Source: a virus (taxonomy: Duplodnaviria; Caudoviricetes). From it: 25,237 nt of DNA. This document shows, one piece after another, positions 23,187 to 25,237 of the stretch. The stretch's first letter is position 1. The number at the start of each line of letters is the position of its first letter. The stretch lies in the IMG/VR virus record IMGVR_UViG_3300012942_000126, positions 1-25,237 of that record; one strand, given 5' to 3'. The translations under genes and the position numbers were made by a program. Below the pieces are notes generated by a model. It was not told the DNA's origin. It saw nothing but the letters and a program-made list of their open reading frames with translations, and did not search any database.

Positions 23187-24163
23187 CGATACGATGTCAG
23201 GTATGCCAACGCGAAGTTAAGCAGATCACAGGGAGCCATTTGAAGAAGGCGCACGGGATCACTCTTGATCAGTATAAACAAGCATATCCTAAGGCTCCTA
23301 TTGTTGATCAAGAGATCAGTAAAGCAATATCGACTAAACTCACAGGGCGTAAACGTTCTCAGGCTCACAAAGATGCTTTAAGCCGCACCATTTCGGAACA
23401 ATTCAAAAATGGTCGAGAAGCACACAACAAGGGCAAAATTGGTTGGCGGCAGGATAGTGATATTACCCGAGATCTAAAGAGGCAGAAGCGCCTAGGTAAG
23501 AAGCACAACCAGGCTACCAAGGATAAAATTGGTGATGCCCATCGTGGCAAGACGGTCAGCCTCGCGTCTATTGAGAAGCAAAAGGATTCAATGCGGAGAG
23601 CCATTGAACGTAATGGTGGAGGATTTGCGGTTGGACCTCGTTCTCAGGATTTCAAGGATCGTATGAGTGAGATCGCTCTAGCCCGGCCTGAAACTGAATG
23701 GCGACCTAAGGTCAATGTTATGAATGAGGCTCGCAGGAATCAGGAGATCACTGATGATATGCGAGAAACTTATCGAGAAGCAAGGCTGCGCTATATGGAG
23801 GCCAATCCTGATAAGCTTCACAAGAAGTTCTTCAATACGGTTCCAGAACTTGAATTCAAGGCTGAACTGGAGAAGTTAGGTCTTCAATACACGCATCAAT
23901 TCCATACTAAGAACCCTCATTTCGTTTTTGACTTTATGGTCGAGGATGAGTTTCTAGTAGAAATCGACGGCCCGTATCACTACATGCTATCAATCCATCA
24001 TGGAGACCAGAGGCTACTCGATAAACAGATAGCTAAGGACGCAAGGAAGAATATGGCGGCTGGTCAAGCTGGTTTCAAAATCGTAAGACTTGAAGTCGGA
24101 CAACATATACCAAAAGATTGGAAGGAGATCCTTCTCCAGCAAGGTTGGACTCTTAAGATATAG
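23183..24163 (+). CDS. Free-standing homing-type endonuclease: Zn finger, NUMOD3-like repeats, DUF559/Vsr-like nuclease
   Basis: CQVC...HLKKAH; KHNQATKDKIGDAHRGK; FDF....LVEIDGPYH...D..KN...GFKIVR. Confidence 0.8.
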   Translation: MTIRCQVCQREVKQITGSHLKKAHGITLDQYKQAYPKAPIVDQEISKAISTKLTGRKRSQAHKDALSRTISEQFKNGREAHNKGKIGWRQDSDITRDLKRQKRLGKKHNQATKDKIGDAHRGKTVSLASIEKQKDSMRRAIERNGGGFAVGPRSQDFKDRMSEIALARPETEWRPKVNVMNEARRNQEITDDMRETYREARLRYMEANPDKLHKKFFNTVPELEFKAELEKLGLQYTHQFHTKNPHFVFDFMVEDEFLVEIDGPYHYMLSIHHGDQRLLDKQIAKDARKNMAAGQAGFKIVRLEVGQHIPKDWKEILLQQGWTLKI

Positions 24164-24164
24164 A

Positions 24165-24190
24165 AATGGAGCGCATCTCTGCGCTCCATT
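24165..24190. terminator. Probable bidirectional intrinsic terminator
   Basis: AATGGAGCGCA-TCTC-TGCGCTCCATT between convergent genes (GAGA loop on the minus strand). A second hairpin lies at 24211-24238. Confidence 0.75.
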
Positions 24191-24244
24191 CCTTTGAATC
24201 TCTTTACTACGGAATCATCAAGATTTCTCAATGATTCCAATAGG

Positions 24245-25237
24245 TTAAAGAAACTTCAAATTGCTCGTGTTGATTCCGACCAATCCAAGATAGTCCGCAG
24301 CGTTACCAAGCGACGATGCGCTATTGGTGAGCTCCAGGTATCCATAACGAGTCATGAACGACACGACTGGCTCGAAGGTCTGAGGATCAATCACAACACC
24401 CGACGAGGTCAGCGGAACGTATGGGCAGTAATAAGCTGCCGCATCGATTTCGCCCTGGCCCTTGTAACCAACGAGCACTGGAGTGTCATCCTGTGCGTAC
24501 TGGTTAACGTAGACGCGGAGCGAGTTGTTCAGCGTACCAACATACTTGGTGTTGGTTGGAGCCTCAAACACACCCTCGGTGGTGCGAGCGAACGCACTGG
24601 TGGTTGCCGACTGAAGGATCGTTAGCGCGGTTGGCGAAACGACGATCCAGTTAGCTGCGCCACGACGGGTGCGCTGTGCGATCAGGTTAGCCTGACGGTT
24701 GATTAGAACCGAAAGAGCAGCGTGCTCGTCACCGACGAAAGTTGCGGTGCCCGAGACGTTTGCCTGGTCATACGACGCAGTAGGTGCGCCTGGAAGCATG
24801 ATCAGCGAGTTCAAGATCTCCTGGTCGATTTCCGCAGTGATTTCCTGCGCAAGAGCGGCCATGATTTCTGCCTCGATGTCGATGCCCTGCTGAGCCTGTG
24901 CGTCCTGCTGAGCCTCGAAGGTCCAACGTGCGCTTAGACGACGGGTCTTAGCTTCGACGGTTTCCTTCAGGATCTGGATGCTCAGGCGGTTACCTGGACG
25001 ACCTTCGAGATTTGCTGTGTTAGCAGCAAGTGGAGTAGAAGCCTGGCCGTTACCCGAGTATGCCTTAGCAATCTCGAATGGGCTCAGAGCCTCAGCACCA
25101 GCAGTTACGCCAGCAGCATTATCAGCATAGCGAACGCGAAGGGTGTGGATCTGTGCTACTGGACCAGTCATTGGCTGAACGCCGATGATCTCGTTAGCAA
25201 TCACAGTTGGCATAACACGACGTAGAACAGGTAGGAT
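24245..25237 (-). CDS. Major capsid protein (T4 gp23-like), 5' end beyond the window
   Basis: ILPVLRRVMPTVIANEIIGVQPMTGP; EAKTRRLSARWTFE; IDQEI; YCPYVPL; FMTRYG. Confidence 0.96.
   Translation of the reverse strand: MLPVLRRVMPTVIANEIIGVQPMTGPVAQIHTLRVRYADNAAGVTAGAEALSPFEIAKAYSGNGQASTPLAANTANLEGRPGNRLSIQILKETVEAKTRRLSARWTFEAQQDAQAQQGIDIEAEIMAALAQEITAEIDQEILNSLIMLPGAPTASYDQANVSGTATFVGDEHAALSVLINRQANLIAQRTRRGAANWIVVSPTALTILQSATTSAFARTTEGVFEAPTNTKYVGTLNNSLRVYVNQYAQDDTPVLVGYKGQGEIDAAAYYCPYVPLTSSGVVIDPQTFEPVVSFMTRYGYLELTNSASSLGNAADYLGLVGINTSNLKFL

Noticed and set aside
24194-24937. Plus-strand ORFs inside the capsid gene
   Set aside because: Antisense shadows caused by codon bias. The same applies to most other short overlapping ORFs in the track.
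1-25237. Stop-codon reassignment, tRNAs, CRISPR array, introns or inteins
   Set aside because: Genes tile densely in the standard code and end in TAA, TGA and TAG. I saw no cloverleaf, spaced direct repeats or interrupted core genes by eye. tRNAscan and Infernal were not run.

Overview
Fragment of a large T4-like (jumbo myovirus-type) phage genome of roughly 50% GC. The host is probably an alphaproteobacterium, possibly Sphingomonadales, judged from the PncB, outer-membrane protein and DUF4170 types. Virion genes sit at the edges: a probable tail sheath start (1-31), neck gp13 and gp14 (divergent), a lysozyme, tail terminator gp15 and major capsid gp23 (runs off the end). Two free-standing homing-type endonucleases lie next to them. 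The middle ~15 kb is accessory. Its core is a complete deamidating NAD+ salvage set (PncA, PncB, NadM-type adenylyltransferase, NH3-dependent NadE, ADP-ribose-type Nudix) mixed with an NDT-like protein and RNA-ligase genes. A glycosyltransferase-OMP-MntP cassette follows. Most notable: (1) the NAD+ cluster differs in enzyme content from the described phage NARP1/NARP2 pathways; (2) the nadE and pncA leaders share a covarying RNA structure that ends in an SD-masking hairpin, a candidate new NAD-linked regulatory RNA; (3) many promoters sit inside hairpins that mask the gene's own RBS or start codon. All family calls come from motif recognition by eye, with no database searches.
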